Assembly (NCBI GenBank): GCA_951406725.2 | Contig: OX597828.1 | Location: forward strand, 71,548,001-71,612,000 | Source: Octopus vulgaris | Taxonomy: Eukaryota | Direction: 5' to 3' | DNA length: 64,000 nt | Shown: piece after piece, positions 1 through 62,859 of the stretch | Layout: the number at the start of each line of letters is the position of its first letter | How positions within the stretch are numbered: the first letter of the stretch is position 1 | Program-made: the position numbers and the translations under genes | Notes under the pieces: model-generated | The model's database searches: none | Told to the model about the DNA's origin: nothing | What the model saw: only the letters and a program-made list of their open reading frames with translations

Positions 1-10
1 TATATTTTTT

Positions 11-48
<38 letters not shown>

Positions 49-80
49 TATATACATATACGGTCTGGTCGGTCATGTGT

Positions 81-119
<39 letters not shown>

Positions 120-248
120 TATTCATATACATTTATATTCATACATACACACACATACACATATTAAAATTATAAATATTTTTTTCTTCCCATGCTGCCA
201 TTAGATTTTATCATTATTTAAAATAACAATCTTATACTTATATATCGT

Positions 249-1200
<952 letters not shown>

Positions 1201-1224
1201 ATATATATATATATCCATACCCAC

Positions 1225-1600
1225 AGTACTCCTTTGGTTACAGCGATGAGGGTTCCAGTTGATCCAATCAACGGAACAGCCTGGTCGTAAAATTAACATG
1301 CATGTGGTTGAGTACTCCACAGACATGCGTACCCTTAACGTAGTTCTCAGGGAGATTTGGCATGACACAGAGTGTGTGACAAGGCTGGCCCCTTTGAAAT
1401 ACAGTTACAACAGAAACAGAGAGTGAGAGAAAGTTGTGGTGAAAGAGTACAGCAGGGTTCGCCACCACTCCCTGCCAGGCCTTATGGAGCTTTAGGTATT
1501 TTCACTCAGTAAATACTCACAACGCCTAGTCTGGGAATTGAAACCGCAATCGTACGACTGTGAGTCCGCTGCCCTAACCACTGGGCCATTGTGCCTCCAA
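1225..1600 (-). mobile_element. tRNA-derived SINE
   Basis: Reverse complement of the complete copy at 23658-24040; other copies at ~13982-14330, 18975-19352, 29215-29540. Confidence 0.8.
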
Positions 1601-1605
1601 CATAC

Positions 1606-1690
<85 letters not shown>

Positions 1691-1888
1691 CATACATATA
1701 TATATACATATATATATATATACATACATATATATATATATACATACATATATATACATATATATATATACATACATATATATATATACATACATATATA
1801 TATATACATACATATATATATATACATACATATATATATATACATACATACATATATATATACATACATACATACATACATACATACA

Positions 1889-1961
<73 letters not shown>

Positions 1962-2974
1962 ATATCCATCCATACATATATTAGATACATAGCGAGAGAT
2001 TAAGGTATATATATATTTATAAATTGTTTAGCTACATGAATAAATCAAGTGCCTTGGATTTCATGCCTGCAATTAAATATATGTGATGCAATTGCATGCG
2101 GCTGAAGAGAGCTTTAAACCATCTGTTATGTCGATTATACATTGATGTAAGAATAGGTTGTTGCATAAAGCTTGAAACACGTGTACCGCGACATCCTTTG
2201 TGTTCTGTTTTTTTACTTCATTTTATACATATACATGCATAGACCCGTATGTATGTATGTATATACATATATATGTATGTATGCATGAATGTATGTGTGT
2301 GCGTATACATGTATGTACATATATATATGTGTGTGTATGTATGTATTCATGCATGCCTGTGTGTATGTATGCATGTATATATATATCTATATCTATCTAT
2401 ATATATATATATATACAAAAAATTAGATTCAGATGAATATGGTACTTAAGTTGAGGCACCAGAATTTCGTATGATATTATGCATACTATTTCAAAGTAAG
2501 GGGATTAAAATTAAAATAAGCAACAGTATATCCAGAGGATATCCTGTTGCTTATTTTGATATATGTATGTATGAATGCATGTATGTATGTATGCATGCAT
2601 GCATGTATAAATGCATCAATATATATATATATATGTGTGTATGTATGTATGTATGCATGTATATATATGCATGCATGCATGTATATGTATGTATGTATTG
2701 ACATTAGGAAGGGCATCCAGCTGTAGAAGCCATGCCAAATGAGACGACGGTCTGGTGTTGCCCTTCAGCTTACCAGCCCTTGTGAAACTGCTCAACCTAC
2801 ACCACCATGGACAATGGATGTTAAATGATGGTGCTGATGATGATATATGTGTGTGTGTGTGTGTGTGTATATATTTACACACACACATGTACATGCTCAC
2901 ACCCACACCCACATCAGCATGGAACATTGATGTTAAATGATGACGATCATATATGTACATTTGTATGTATATTA

Positions 2975-3830
2975 TCGTCTTCCTTTAACGTCTGCTTTCC
3001 ATGCTGGCATGGGTTAGATGGGTTGACTGGTGCTTGCAAGCCAGAGAGCTGCACCGGGCTCCAGTCGTCTGTTTTGGTTTGGTTTCTACAGCTGGATGCC
3101 CTTCCTAACACCAACCACTTTACAGAGTGGACTGGGTCTCATCTGCATATCACTGCCATGTGTGCCATTTACATGTCATTGGCATGGGTCCCCCCTTTTT
3201 ACATGGGGTGCCACCTATGTGTCACTAGTATGGGTACCACTTATGTGTCACTGACATTGGTGCCTTTTATGTGCCATAGCACTGCCCTTGACTATGATAC
3301 CTCTTAGCTTGACATGTCTTCTCAAATACAGCAAGTTGCCAGAAGTCTTTGACTCTTGTCATCGCTTCCATGAGACTCAGCATCTGAAGATCACATTTCG
3401 CCTCCTCATTCCATGTCTTCCTGGGACTACCCCTTCCAAATGTTCCCTCCACAATTAAAGATTGATTCTTCTTTACACAGCTGTCCTCATTCATATGCAT
3501 CACATGACCATACCAGTGCAGTCTTCTCTCTTGCACACTGACAGTGCACGTCCCGCAAAGCATACTAGCTTAATTTCTTTTGAGCCTTTGCATGTACTCA
3601 GAAGTCACAGCCCACATTTCACTGCCATATAGCATGTCTGTTCGCACACATGCATCATACAATCCGCCTTTCACTCTAATGGAGAGGCTCTTTGCTCCCA
3701 ACAAAAGTAGAAGCTCTTTGTACTTTGCCCAGCCTGTTCTTAACCTAGCAGCTGCTCTCTCACAGCATCCTCCTCCACTATTGACTTGGTCATGTTGGTA
3801 ACGGAAGCTATCTACTACTTCTAAGTAGAT
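2975..3830 (-). mobile_element. RTE-clade LINE 3' fragment
   Basis: LEVVDSFRY, GLYDACVRTDMLYGSEMW, RRLHWYGHVMHM, GRGSPRKTW, plus the shared 3' UTR. Confidence 0.85.
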
Positions 3831-3855
3831 ATACACATATAGGTATATAGTTATA

Positions 3856-3899
<44 letters not shown>

Positions 3900-3901
<2 letters not shown>

Positions 3902-4520
3902 TTTAAGTAGTTACAAAAGGCTAACAATTAGGCAACGGAGGACAAGGGTATTTAATTTCATTTAATTCAATCTAAAAAATTTGGCAACATAACAAATGGT
4001 AAAATTAGTACATAATAGTGCCAAATAGTCCCTGATAAACGTTTCTGTGATGTCCCAGCTATTGGAGCATCGTATCAAGTGAAAACTATGTAAGTTGGGT
4101 ATTGCATCATAGGTTAGACAGAGGAAGAATGTTCCTCGTCAGCGATATATGTTGTGGTTCATTTTATCAAGGAAGGTAGAAAGATCTAATTAAATCCAAT
4201 TAGATCAGATCTTCTTTAGGTAAATCTATGATCAGAAAGAATGTTAAATGATGGCACAGAAGGAAAGTATTGTTGTGCAGTACTCCATGTTGAAGGGAAA
4301 GGAAAATGAATGCTAGCAGATCCAAAGTTGTGCAAACACAGGGAAGAGGAATAAAGATCCATTCTGGTGAGAGAAAAGATCAATAGGTAAGTGGTATGTG
4401 TTGGAGATATATTGTCCAGTATATTGAGGGGTATTCATTCCAGAGGGAGAATGAATGCTGGCAGTTTCAAAGTTGTGTGAATGTTGAGAAGAGGAGTAAA
4501 TCATATTTATTCCTCCTCTC
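3900..4520 (-). mobile_element. Penelope-like element 3' fragment (tentative)
   Basis: FETASIHSPSGMNT resembles the PLE C-terminal LxTxxPxGLN motif; gaaacgtt motif in tail; embedded in (TA)n. Confidence 0.45.
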
Positions 4521-4564
4521 AGTATTCACATGCCCATCTATTTCTCTATCTCAGCCTCCTCTTG

Positions 4565-5945
4565 TTCATCACAGTCCTCCAGGCAATAACAGAGGAATTC
4601 AAGACAGGCTGCCCCTGGGAGCTCCTCTCTGCTGATGACCTTGCTCTTATAGCTGAATCACTATCTGAACTAGAGAAGCTCCAAGTATGGAAGTAATGTC
4701 TAGAATTGAGGGCCTTAGAGTTAATCTAGCAAAAACCAAAGTCTTAGTAAGTAGGAAAGCAGACAAATTACAAATCCCTTCAGGTAGATGGTCATGCTTA
4801 ATCTATAGAAAAGGTGTAGGTAGAAACTCCACAAGATGTACCCAGTGTAAGTTATGGACACATAAGAGGTGTAGCAACATCAGAGGAAGGTTAACAGGGA
4901 AACTAGCTTTTGTATGTGGAAGATGCACAGGTACAATAAACACTGAAAATGTGTAGAAAATAGACTCCAGTGGGGCAAGGTAGAGGTAGTAGATAGCTTC
5001 CATTATCTAGGTGACCAAGTTATTAGTGGAGGTGGATGCTCTGAGAGCATAGCTGTACGAATAAGATTAAGCTGGGAAAAGTTCAGAGAGCTCCTACCTC
5101 TGCTGGCAACAAAGGATCTCTCTTTCAGAATGAAAGGCAGATTTATCATGCCTGTGTACGAACAGCTATGCTTCATGGCAGTGAAACATGGACCATGACA
5201 GCTGAAGACATGTGTAGGCTTGAAATAAATGAAGCTGGTATGCTTTGCTGGATGTGCAATGTCAGTGTGTATGTTTGACAGAGTGTAAGCATCTTGAGAG
5301 AAAAGTTTGGCATAAAAGGAATCAAATGTGGTGTGCAAGAGAGATGACTGCACTGGTATGACCATGTGATGTGTATGGATGAGGACAGTTGTGTAAAGAA
5401 GTGCTGATCTCCAACTGTGGAGGGAACCTGTGGTAGAGGTAGACCCAGGAAGACATGAGACGAGGTGGTGAAGCATGATCTTTGAACTTTGAGTCTCACA
5501 GAGGCAATGGCTAGTGACTGAGCCCTTTGGTGATATGCTGTGCTTGAGAAAAGCTGTCAAGCCAAGTGAAATTGTAGATGTGACTGATGCTGGGGTCACA
5601 TAACTGGTACCCATGCTGGTGGCACATGAAAAACACCTTTCGAGTGTTGGGCCTCATGAAGACAATGACAAGTGACTGAGAATTTTTGACATTATGTCAT
5701 GCTTGAGAAGAAGACCCATCAAGCCAAGTAACACCACAGTCGTGGCATATATTGGTGTCATGCAAATGGCATGTAAAAGCACCCATTACACTCTCAGAGT
5801 GGTTGGCGTTAGGAAGGGCATCCAGCTGTAGAATACCATGCCAAATCAGAACTGGAGTGTGGTGCAGCCTTTCAGCTTGCCAACCCTGGCCAAACCATCC
5901 AACCCATCCCAGCATGGACAACGGACACCAAATGATGATGATGAT
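4565..5945 (+). mobile_element. RTE-clade LINE, 5'-truncated, degraded
   Basis: CPWELLSADDLALIAES, GLRVNLAKTKVL, Cys-rich insert, 3' UTR ending in (ATG)n; stops and frameshifts. Confidence 0.88.
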
Positions 5946-6504
5946 ATATAAACTCCTACCAGCCGTGTTGAGTGACACATTCTTTCATTTCTTATCATCA
6001 TCATCATCATCATCGTTTATATATATATGTATATATATATATATACAGACAGACACACACACATATATATATATATGTATGTATAAGTGCATGTATGTGT
6101 GTATATATGTGTGTAAGTAGTGCTTTTCCATCTACTCTCACTACTACTCCTGCCTCCTTACAGAACAATATCTCATTCAATACACAATTTTGTTTATTTT
6201 ATCTTTAATTTCCACAGGACACACAGACATGTTGTCTCTCTCTGTGGATGGGTGGTAGTGGTGCTGGCTGTGATGGTGGTGGTAGTGGTGTTGGTTGTGG
6301 TGGTAGTGGTTGTAGTCTAACTATCATGGCTCTTTCTCACATCTTATATCCCACTTGCAAAAACACACACACACACACACACAAATACACGCATATACAC
6401 AACTACACACACACAGAGCTATATATGTAAATATACTTAGAACTATAGACCTACACACACAGCTATACATATATATGGAATAACTGAATGCCACACATCC
6501 TCAG

Positions 6505-6543
<39 letters not shown>

Positions 6544-8003
6544 TATACATAGAAATATATATACATATAACCATAGACGCACACATACATACAAACACAA
6601 AAAATCATACACATACTTAAACAGCTCTACACATATTCACACTGTTATATGTTTATAAACATACACATACATACATGCACTTCAACATACATGCCCACAC
6701 AGTTATATATGTCTATATTCGTATACACATAGCTAAAAACACATACATCTATAAATATAGCTTTACACATGCACACACGCAACTCGTCCCACCATCTCTC
6801 TGCATATATTTCTATATACACACGTTCTCACACATGGTCGTATATCACACATGTATACACTTACCTCACGATTGCATCTCGTCTAAATCTACATACCAAC
6901 ATTTATTCATCGCCTCATCAGCCTATAATCGGCCTATAAACAGCCTATGGTTTGATTGATGGACAGTCTATAAGCTGCTCTCTATTGGTGGTCTATTGGT
7001 CTATAAGCTGGTCTAAAGTTTTAAGTCTGTTGTTGATCTGAAATTAGCCAGCCTGCAGATAGTTCATAACCAATTCATATTCAATCTTTACATAGTTTGT
7101 AGTTAGCCCTTCATTATTTGTTAGTCCATAGTCTATACAACACATTTGACCTTTGACCTCAACTCTGGGGTACTAAATGACTTTCTGCGTTTTCAATGTC
7201 CACTTCCAAATTTTTAAGGTAAGGTGAATTTTCTTGTTGCTGTTTAATCTTTTTTCTTTTCCTTTATTTGCTTCTGTCATTAGACTGTGGTCATGCTGGG
7301 GCACTGCTTTGAAGAATTTTAATTAAATGAATCGGCCCCAGTGGTTATTTTTTTTTTTTAAGCCTGTTACTTATTTCTAGTGAACTCTGTTGATGAACTG
7401 CGAAGTTACAAGGACATAAACACACCAACGCTGGTTGTCAAGTGGCGGTGGGAAACAAACACAGACACAAAGACATTCACACATACATATATATGGAGAC
7501 AGATAATCTGTGACGCTTACCAAAATATACAGTTATGGCGAAACAACAGATAAAACAACATATAAAAAAACACGGTTCCTCACCTGAGGAAACACAACTT
7601 CTCCTAGAATGAATGACAATTGATTGTACAGCATCTTACCTGTACAGCATCTTACCTGTACAGCATCTTACCTTTCATATGAGGTACAGATGCTTGATAA
7701 GTTGAAATGAGATTGTTGTGGTTTTGAATAAAGAGTCTTGTGAATTCCAGTTTCTATCTTTCATCTTTTTTATGTAAATTCAATGGACACAAAGGAATTC
7801 CTGAAGTAAATTCAGTGGCATATACCTCCATACTGTTGTTGACATCAGATAGCCAAATACTGTGAACAGGCTTTAAACAGCATATACAAGGTGTATACCT
7901 GGATATATAAAATTACTACATGCATATATATGTATGTGTGTGTATATAAATATATATAAATAAACAAAAAAAAAAAATATATATGTATATATGTATATGT
8001 ATG

Positions 8004-8056
<53 letters not shown>

Positions 8057-9139
8057 AAATAAATAAATAAATATATATATAAAAATAAATATATATCATC
8101 ATCATCATCATTTAGCGTCCGCTTTCCATGCTAGCATGGGTTGGACGGTTCAACTGGGGTCTGTGAAGCCAGAAGGCTATGTATATATATATGTGTATAT
8201 ATATATGTGTGTGTGTATATATATGTGTGTGTATGTATATATATATGTATAAGGATGAAAAGGAACACACGAGTTGATATATATATATATTTCGTTTTTG
8301 GTTTGCAAGATTCTTTATGTGAGTTCGTGTGTTGAAGCATATTCTGTTGTGTCTGGGGAGAGTAATTTTCTTTTTGTGCCTTATTATGTAACACACTCAC
8401 CTGTAAAATTTCCACGTTTTTCTTGTTTTTTATTGTCCTAAAATTTTCATTGCGTCTTTTCAATAGTTTTGACTATTGAAAAGGTTGCAAGAAAATGACT
8501 CTCCCCAGACACAACAGTATATATATATATATCTATGTAGATATATGATGGGCTTTTTTCAGTTTCCATCTACCAAATCTACTGACAAATTTTTATTGTT
8601 GTTGTTGCCGCTGCTGCTACTGTTGTTGTTTAATCCCAGGACAATCCTAATTGACTAGATCTATGATCAAAAGCATTCCAGCCATGACAATCCCATGTAA
8701 TCCTTCTTTGAGGCATAGTCTACCTCTGATTCCATCATCTTGTGCATTCTTTGTTCAGACAGTATGCGGGAAGTTTTAGCTGTTATTTCTTGCATGCTGA
8801 ATGATCATGTAGAGGCTCCAGTAGTAGTAGTCGTAGTAGCAGCAGCAGCAGTAGCTGTTTTTGTTGTTTAGCTTAAGGTCAAGCCTGATCCATGAAATTA
8901 TCTGGTCAAAAGCATTCTAGTGATGACCATCCAGTCCTAATTTTAGAAATTATATTACATCAATGTGTCCTTCCTATTTCAATATAGTTGCATGTGATTT
9001 GAGAGAAATTTGACTTCTATTTCTAGCAAATGGGGTGAACACATAGATGCTCTGTTGTTAGTAGTAGTAGAAGTAGTAATAGTAGTAGCAGCAGCAACTG
9101 TTGTTTAACCCCAGGTTAGCTTGAACCAAGAGGACTGAA

Positions 9140-10135
9140 TGATCAAGAAAGCCAAGTATAGGGGTTTATCTTTGGCTAAGTGTTTCTCCTGCAGTTGCCA
9201 AACCAGAAATATAGCATCAGTGATGCTTCTATCTGGCACAAAACCAAACTGCATCTCATCTAAGCAGACTCTCTCCCTAATTAGTTGGGCTATGACCCTC
9301 TCCGTGACCTTCATCACCTGATCCAGAAGTTTGATACCCCTGTAGTTGCTTCTATCTAAAGCATCACCTTTACCCTTGTAGCAGTTGACTATGGTGCTGC
9401 TACACCAGTCATTGGGTATGGCTCCATTATGAACTACCTGGTTTACAATGCGGGTGACTAGGCCATAACCCACACCACCAGATATTTTAAGCACTTTAGC
9501 AGTGATTCCTGATGGGCCGGGGACTTTACCTGACTTCATACCCTTAATTGCTTTATCTACCAGGGTGCTGTCAATTCGGATAGCTGGTTCCTCTACTAAG
9601 TCAACATTTGGCAGGCTCTCCTCCTCTCATTCATTCTCCACATTCAGTAGCCTTTCATAATGGCTTCTCCAAGCCCCTTTCTTTTCAGAATCATTAAAGG
9701 CAAGTGCACCATCATCCATGCAGACACATTTCTCTCCTGTGACTTCACAGTTTTCTCTTACACATTATTTTGCAATCCGAAATACCTCAGTTCTTTGGTC
9801 CTCACATCGTTGAACATTGGCAAACTTCTTCTTTTCTGCTTCTCCCTTGGCTATGTATACCTGTTGCCCAGCCTTGCTTCTGGCTATCTAGTGCCGTTCC
9901 CTGCTGCCCCCACTCTTCCAGGTTTTCCAAGCACGTTTCTTTGTTCTAATGACTTTGTCCACCGTATTATTCCACCATCACACTATTCTAAGTCTGGAAG
10001 AGACTTTGCACCATCTGCAGATTTGGTCTGTGGCACTCAGTAAGGTGTCCTGTAGAAATTTCCAGCTAGCCTCTATGTCTGAAGTCTGTAGCTCCTCCTT
10101 CACATCAAATTTCTTGATGAGGATGTCCCTAAATC
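9140..10135 (-). mobile_element. RTE-clade LINE RT N-terminal fragment
   Basis: KGKGDALDRSNYRGIKLLDQVMKV...QFGFVPDRSITDAIF. Confidence 0.9.
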
Positions 10136-10174
10136 TCTCTCCTCCTCTCTCTCTTTCTCTCAGCAGTGGATCAT

Positions 10175-11020
10175 AGACTGGCAACTCAAGCTGGCTGTGG
10201 ACAATTGTACCACCATGCATTTTGGGAGGAGAAACCCAGCGTCCACCTACTCCCTCCACAACACTAATCTCAAAAAGTCTTCGTGTGAATGTGACCTGGG
10301 TGTTATTGTTGACAGTGATTTGCGTTGGACAAAACACATTGATAAAATTGCCAAGAAGGCTGAGGGTGCCTTGGCATCACTCACCAAGTCCTTTGTGAGC
10401 CACTCTCCGACTATCTATCTGCGGCTTTATATAGCTATGGTAAGACCTCACCTGGAATTTGCATCACCGGTCTGGAACCCCTATCTTGCCCAGGATATCA
10501 ATCGTCTGGAAGTCATTCATCGAAGTGCAACCAAAAGAATACCCTCCATCAGGCATTTGCCATATTCTGAACGCCTTACTTCCCTGGGCATGGACACATT
10601 GAAACAGACACCCATAAAATATCAACCATCTTACAAACAATAACTCTGAGCACCTTTTCGAACTCCACCCGTCTAACACCCGTGGACATATTTACAAAGT
10701 CAGAAAACAGCATAGCTCCCATGACTTTGGGAAACATTTTTTCACGCTGAGAGTTGCTGAAGCAAGGAACAAACTGCTGGCATCAGTTGTGAGTTGTCGG
10801 AGCACTGCATCCTTCAAAACTTCCATGCTTTCTGAGATTCGCCAACACTACACCTGATTTCCTCCCCTCCATACACACACAAGCATGTATCTGACTCATA
10901 CATTGTTCACTTTCCAGACATTTGTACATTACTGCATATACTTTATACGCACTTTCTGACAAGTTGTGGTGCACCTGAGCACTGTATACAATAATTTCAT
11001 TATTATTATTATTATTATTA
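10175..11020 (+). mobile_element. CR1/L2-type LINE 3' end
   Basis: ECDLGVIVDSDLRW, VRPHLEFASPVWNPY; (ATT)n tail; second 3' fragment at ~19470-19810. Confidence 0.88.
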
Positions 11021-11387
11021 TTTATATATATATATATAAATGATGATGATGATGATATATGTGTGTGTTTGTGCTTTCGGTGTGAATGGTTTTTAATGGC
11101 GCTGAGTTTACAATCCTGTAAATAATAATAATAATGGTATTTTTTATATAAGCTTAAAACTTATGGTGATCACTGTGCAATAACTAAGGAATATGGTCTA
11201 TTAAAGGAGCATATAAGCCCTTGACAGAAAAAAGAAGGCTTTCCTATCCGTGTGGGAGCCGAACCCACAACCCTTTGTTAAGGCAACTAAGAGTGTTACC
11301 TTTGTGTATTTTAATATATATATATATATATTTCGTTTTTGAATTTGCTTTGCAAGATTCTTTATGTGAGTTCGTGTGTTGAAGCAT

Positions 11388-11654
11388 TTTCTGTTGTGTC
11401 TGGGGGAGAGTCATTCTCTTTTAGTGCCTTATAATTTAACACTCACTGGTAAAATTTTCACTTATCTCTTTTTTGTTTTTCTAAAATTTTTGTTGTGTCT
11501 TGCAACTTTTTCAATAGTTTTCAAAACTATTGAAAAGGTTGTAAGACGCAACGAAATGTTTAGAAAACAAAAAAGACATACGTGGAAATTTTACCAGTGA
11601 GTGTGTTAAATTATAAGGCACTAAAAGAGAATGACTCTCCCCAGACACAACAGA

Positions 11655-11656
<2 letters not shown>
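11388..11656. repeat. Fold-back palindrome (~135-bp arms) of a (TA)n-embedded repeat family
   Basis: Arms ctgttgtgtctggggagagtcatt... / ...aatgactctccccagacacaacag centred at ~11521; deleted version at ~8290-8520. Confidence 0.85.
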
Positions 11657-11701
<45 letters not shown>

Positions 11702-12695
11702 TGTATATATATATAATGTATACCTATCAATTTATCTCTCTCGCTCTCTCTCTCTCTATATATATATATATTATATCTTCGGTATATTATTGTTATTTTA
11801 ATATTTCTATTATATGTAATTTTTTAGATGGTGTAATTTAATTGTTCATTTTGAATTGATAAAAGGTGTTTTTTTCTAATTTTTTATATATATATTATAT
11901 TTTGTGAAATTTGATTTAGTATTTCTAAATTGAATTTTTCCCTGTAAGTTAGGAATAATATTTCCTCAAATAATTATTATATATATATTATATTTATACA
12001 CATACACACATGCACACAAACAAAACTATATTGTTCTAATATGGCCTTCCTTTCTTTAGATGGTAAGATGTGATTTGAGAGAGATTTGGCAGCTATTTCT
12101 CACAGGTTGAGCAAATACACAGAGATTTCTTGGATAATTTGGGAGATTGATGGAGTTTGTTGCTTGATTGAATCATCCCCCACCATGTTCTGACCAAGGC
12201 CCTCTGGTTTGAGGACATCCACCTCCCTCTCTCTCCCACTAGTCTTGGGGTCCTTGTAAAGCGGCATAGGCACTGCTCTTCCTTCCTAAAATTACCACCA
12301 CTACTACTACTGCTGCTGCTGCCACCACCACCACCACCACTGCCACCATTTTGGTGCCATGAGTATCATTCTTGTGGACACACTCGTAAACACTCACACT
12401 CTCGCACACACACACATAAATGTGCACACTTCACACACACACACACACACATCCACATGCACACAGATGTCCACATACACATTTATACAAAGTGCTGGAC
12501 CCTAACTGTGGAAGGAACATGTGGAAGGTGTAGACCCAGCAAGATGTGGGATGATGTGGTGAGAAAGGATCTCCTGATGCTGGGCCTCACTGAGGAAATG
12601 ACAAAGGGCCAGGAGTTGTGGGGATTTGCTGCATTTGAGATGTGCCAAGCTAATTAAAATCGCTGTCTTCCATACTTACAGGCTTGTCCTTTACA

Positions 12696-12922
12696 GCGGT
12701 GAGCTGGCAGAAACGTTAGCGCGCTGGACAAAATGCTTTGCGGTATTTCATCTTCCGCTACGTTCTGAGTTCAAATTCCGCCAAGGCCGACATTGCCTTT
12801 CATCCTTTCGGGGTCGATTAAATAAGTACCAGTTACACACTGCGGTCGATATAATCGACTTAGTCCATTTGTCTGTCCTTGTTTGTCATCTGTGTTTAGC
12901 CACTTGTGGGTAGTAAAGAAAC
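12696..12922 (+). mobile_element. SINE with gcctttcatcctttcggggtcgat core
   Basis: Many copies in window (e.g. 21250, 25900, 36020, 54120, 54340, 60775). Confidence 0.75.
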
Positions 12923-14754
12923 AGGTATTGGTGCCACTGCATTTTTACACCTGTGCCAGTGGCACGTAAAAAGCACCCAGCATTTTCACACTCATTTCAC
13001 AAGGTTTGCACAGGTCAGTAAGTCTTCTCCAATGTCACACTCTCATCATTTAACGTCCATCTTCCATCCTTGGCATGAGTCAGACAGTTTGACTGGAGCT
13101 GGTAAGCCAGAGGACTGCTCCAAACTCCACTGCTAAAGCTAAACCACTTTGCAGAGAGGACTGGATGCTCTTTTACATGGTGCTAGCATTGGTGAGGTAA
13201 CCAAGTGACTTGTGAGACAAAAGAAGATCCTTTGAGAGGGGTGGGGTGGGGCGATATCGAAGGGAGAGGTTTTGTTGTAGAGGAGGTATATGGTTACCCC
13301 AGTTGGAAGCAGAGAGAGAGAGAGAGAGAGAAAGAGAGATGGTAGTGATGGGTTAGGGTATACCTCAAGGTACAAGTATGTGAATATATGTAGAATGGAG
13401 AGGATTGTGCAGGGTGTATCAGTAGAGTTCATAAAAGTGCAAAGGGGGAGGGGAGAAGTGAGGGGATGGGGTGAAGGGTGGGGGACTGCAGTGAGTGAGG
13501 AAACCCAGGTATATATAGGGGTGGTGGAATGACAGAATAGCAATGATACGTTTGGCTGGTGGGAAGATCAGAACTGAACTCCTGGAGTGAGGAGGGAGAG
13601 ATAAGCATAAAGTAGGAAGTTGAAAAGATGAGAGGAAGAGAAGAGGACATGCTGTTTGAAAGGCAAAGTTGACCTCGGTGGAATTTGAACTCAGAACGTA
13701 AAGACAGATGAAATACTGCTAAGCATTTTGCCCGGTGTGCTAACATTTCTGCCAGCTTGCCACCTTTCTTAATAATAATAATAATGATAATGATAATGAC
13801 GATGACGCAGTGCTCAGGAACGCTCAACTTCTATGTGCATGTGTGTTAATTTATGTGTAAGGTTGTGTGTGTAAATATGTGTGAATTTATGTGTGAGTAT
13901 GTGTATATATATTATATATATATATGTGTGTGTGTGTGTGTATGTATATCTGTATGCTTGAGTTTTTTATGTGTATATGTCGTGGCACTCCATTGGTTAT
14001 GACGACGAGGGTTCCAGTTGATCCGATCAACGGAACAGCCTGCTCGTGAAATTAACGTGTAAGTGGCTGAGTACTTCATAGATACGTGTATCCTTAACTT
14101 AGTTCTTGGGGAGATTCAACATGACACAGAGTGTGACAAGAAACAGGATGAAAGAGTGGGAGAAAGTTGTGGTGAAAGACTACAGGTATCCCTCACTTCC
14201 ACCTGAAGCCTCGTGGAGTTTTAGGTGTTTTCACCCAATAAACGCTCACAGCGCCCGGTCCTGGAATCGAAACCACGATCCTACGACCTCGTGTCCGCTG
14301 CCCTAACCACTGGGCCATTACGCCTCCACTATGTTATCCACATGTAGAGGTGTGTGTGTGTAAGCATGCTAATTCAGTATAAGGGAAATAACTCCTGGTT
14401 TAACAAGCGCCAGGACCAGCAAAAACAAGAAAAACGATTCTCCATAAATATCTTTTTTTTTCTGTACTCGTTTCAATCATTTGGCCGCGGCCATGCTGGG
14501 GCATCGCCCTGGAGAGTCTTTAATTGAAAGAATCGACACCAGGACTTAGGTTTTTTTAAAGCCTGGTATTCTATTTGATAAGGTTTTTTTTAATGAGCTA
14601 CTGATGTTACAGGGATGTAAACACACCAACACCGGTTGTCAAGTGAGGCAGAGGGGCAAACACAAACTCGAAGAAACACACAGACACACATTCAGAATTC
14701 CTATAAAAATCTATCGTAATCCACCATACTAATACCATTTTCTTCATGTTCCAG

Positions 14755-62729
<47,975 letters not shown>

Positions 62730-62859
62730 GTAAGTGATGGAACTCATTGTTTAACCTAATTCTTCCCTCATTATAGACATATTCAAAATTCCTGCATAAT
62801 AAAACATAATTCCTGATTAATTAACGAGAAGTGCACGAAGCAGCGTTGATTGCCATATA

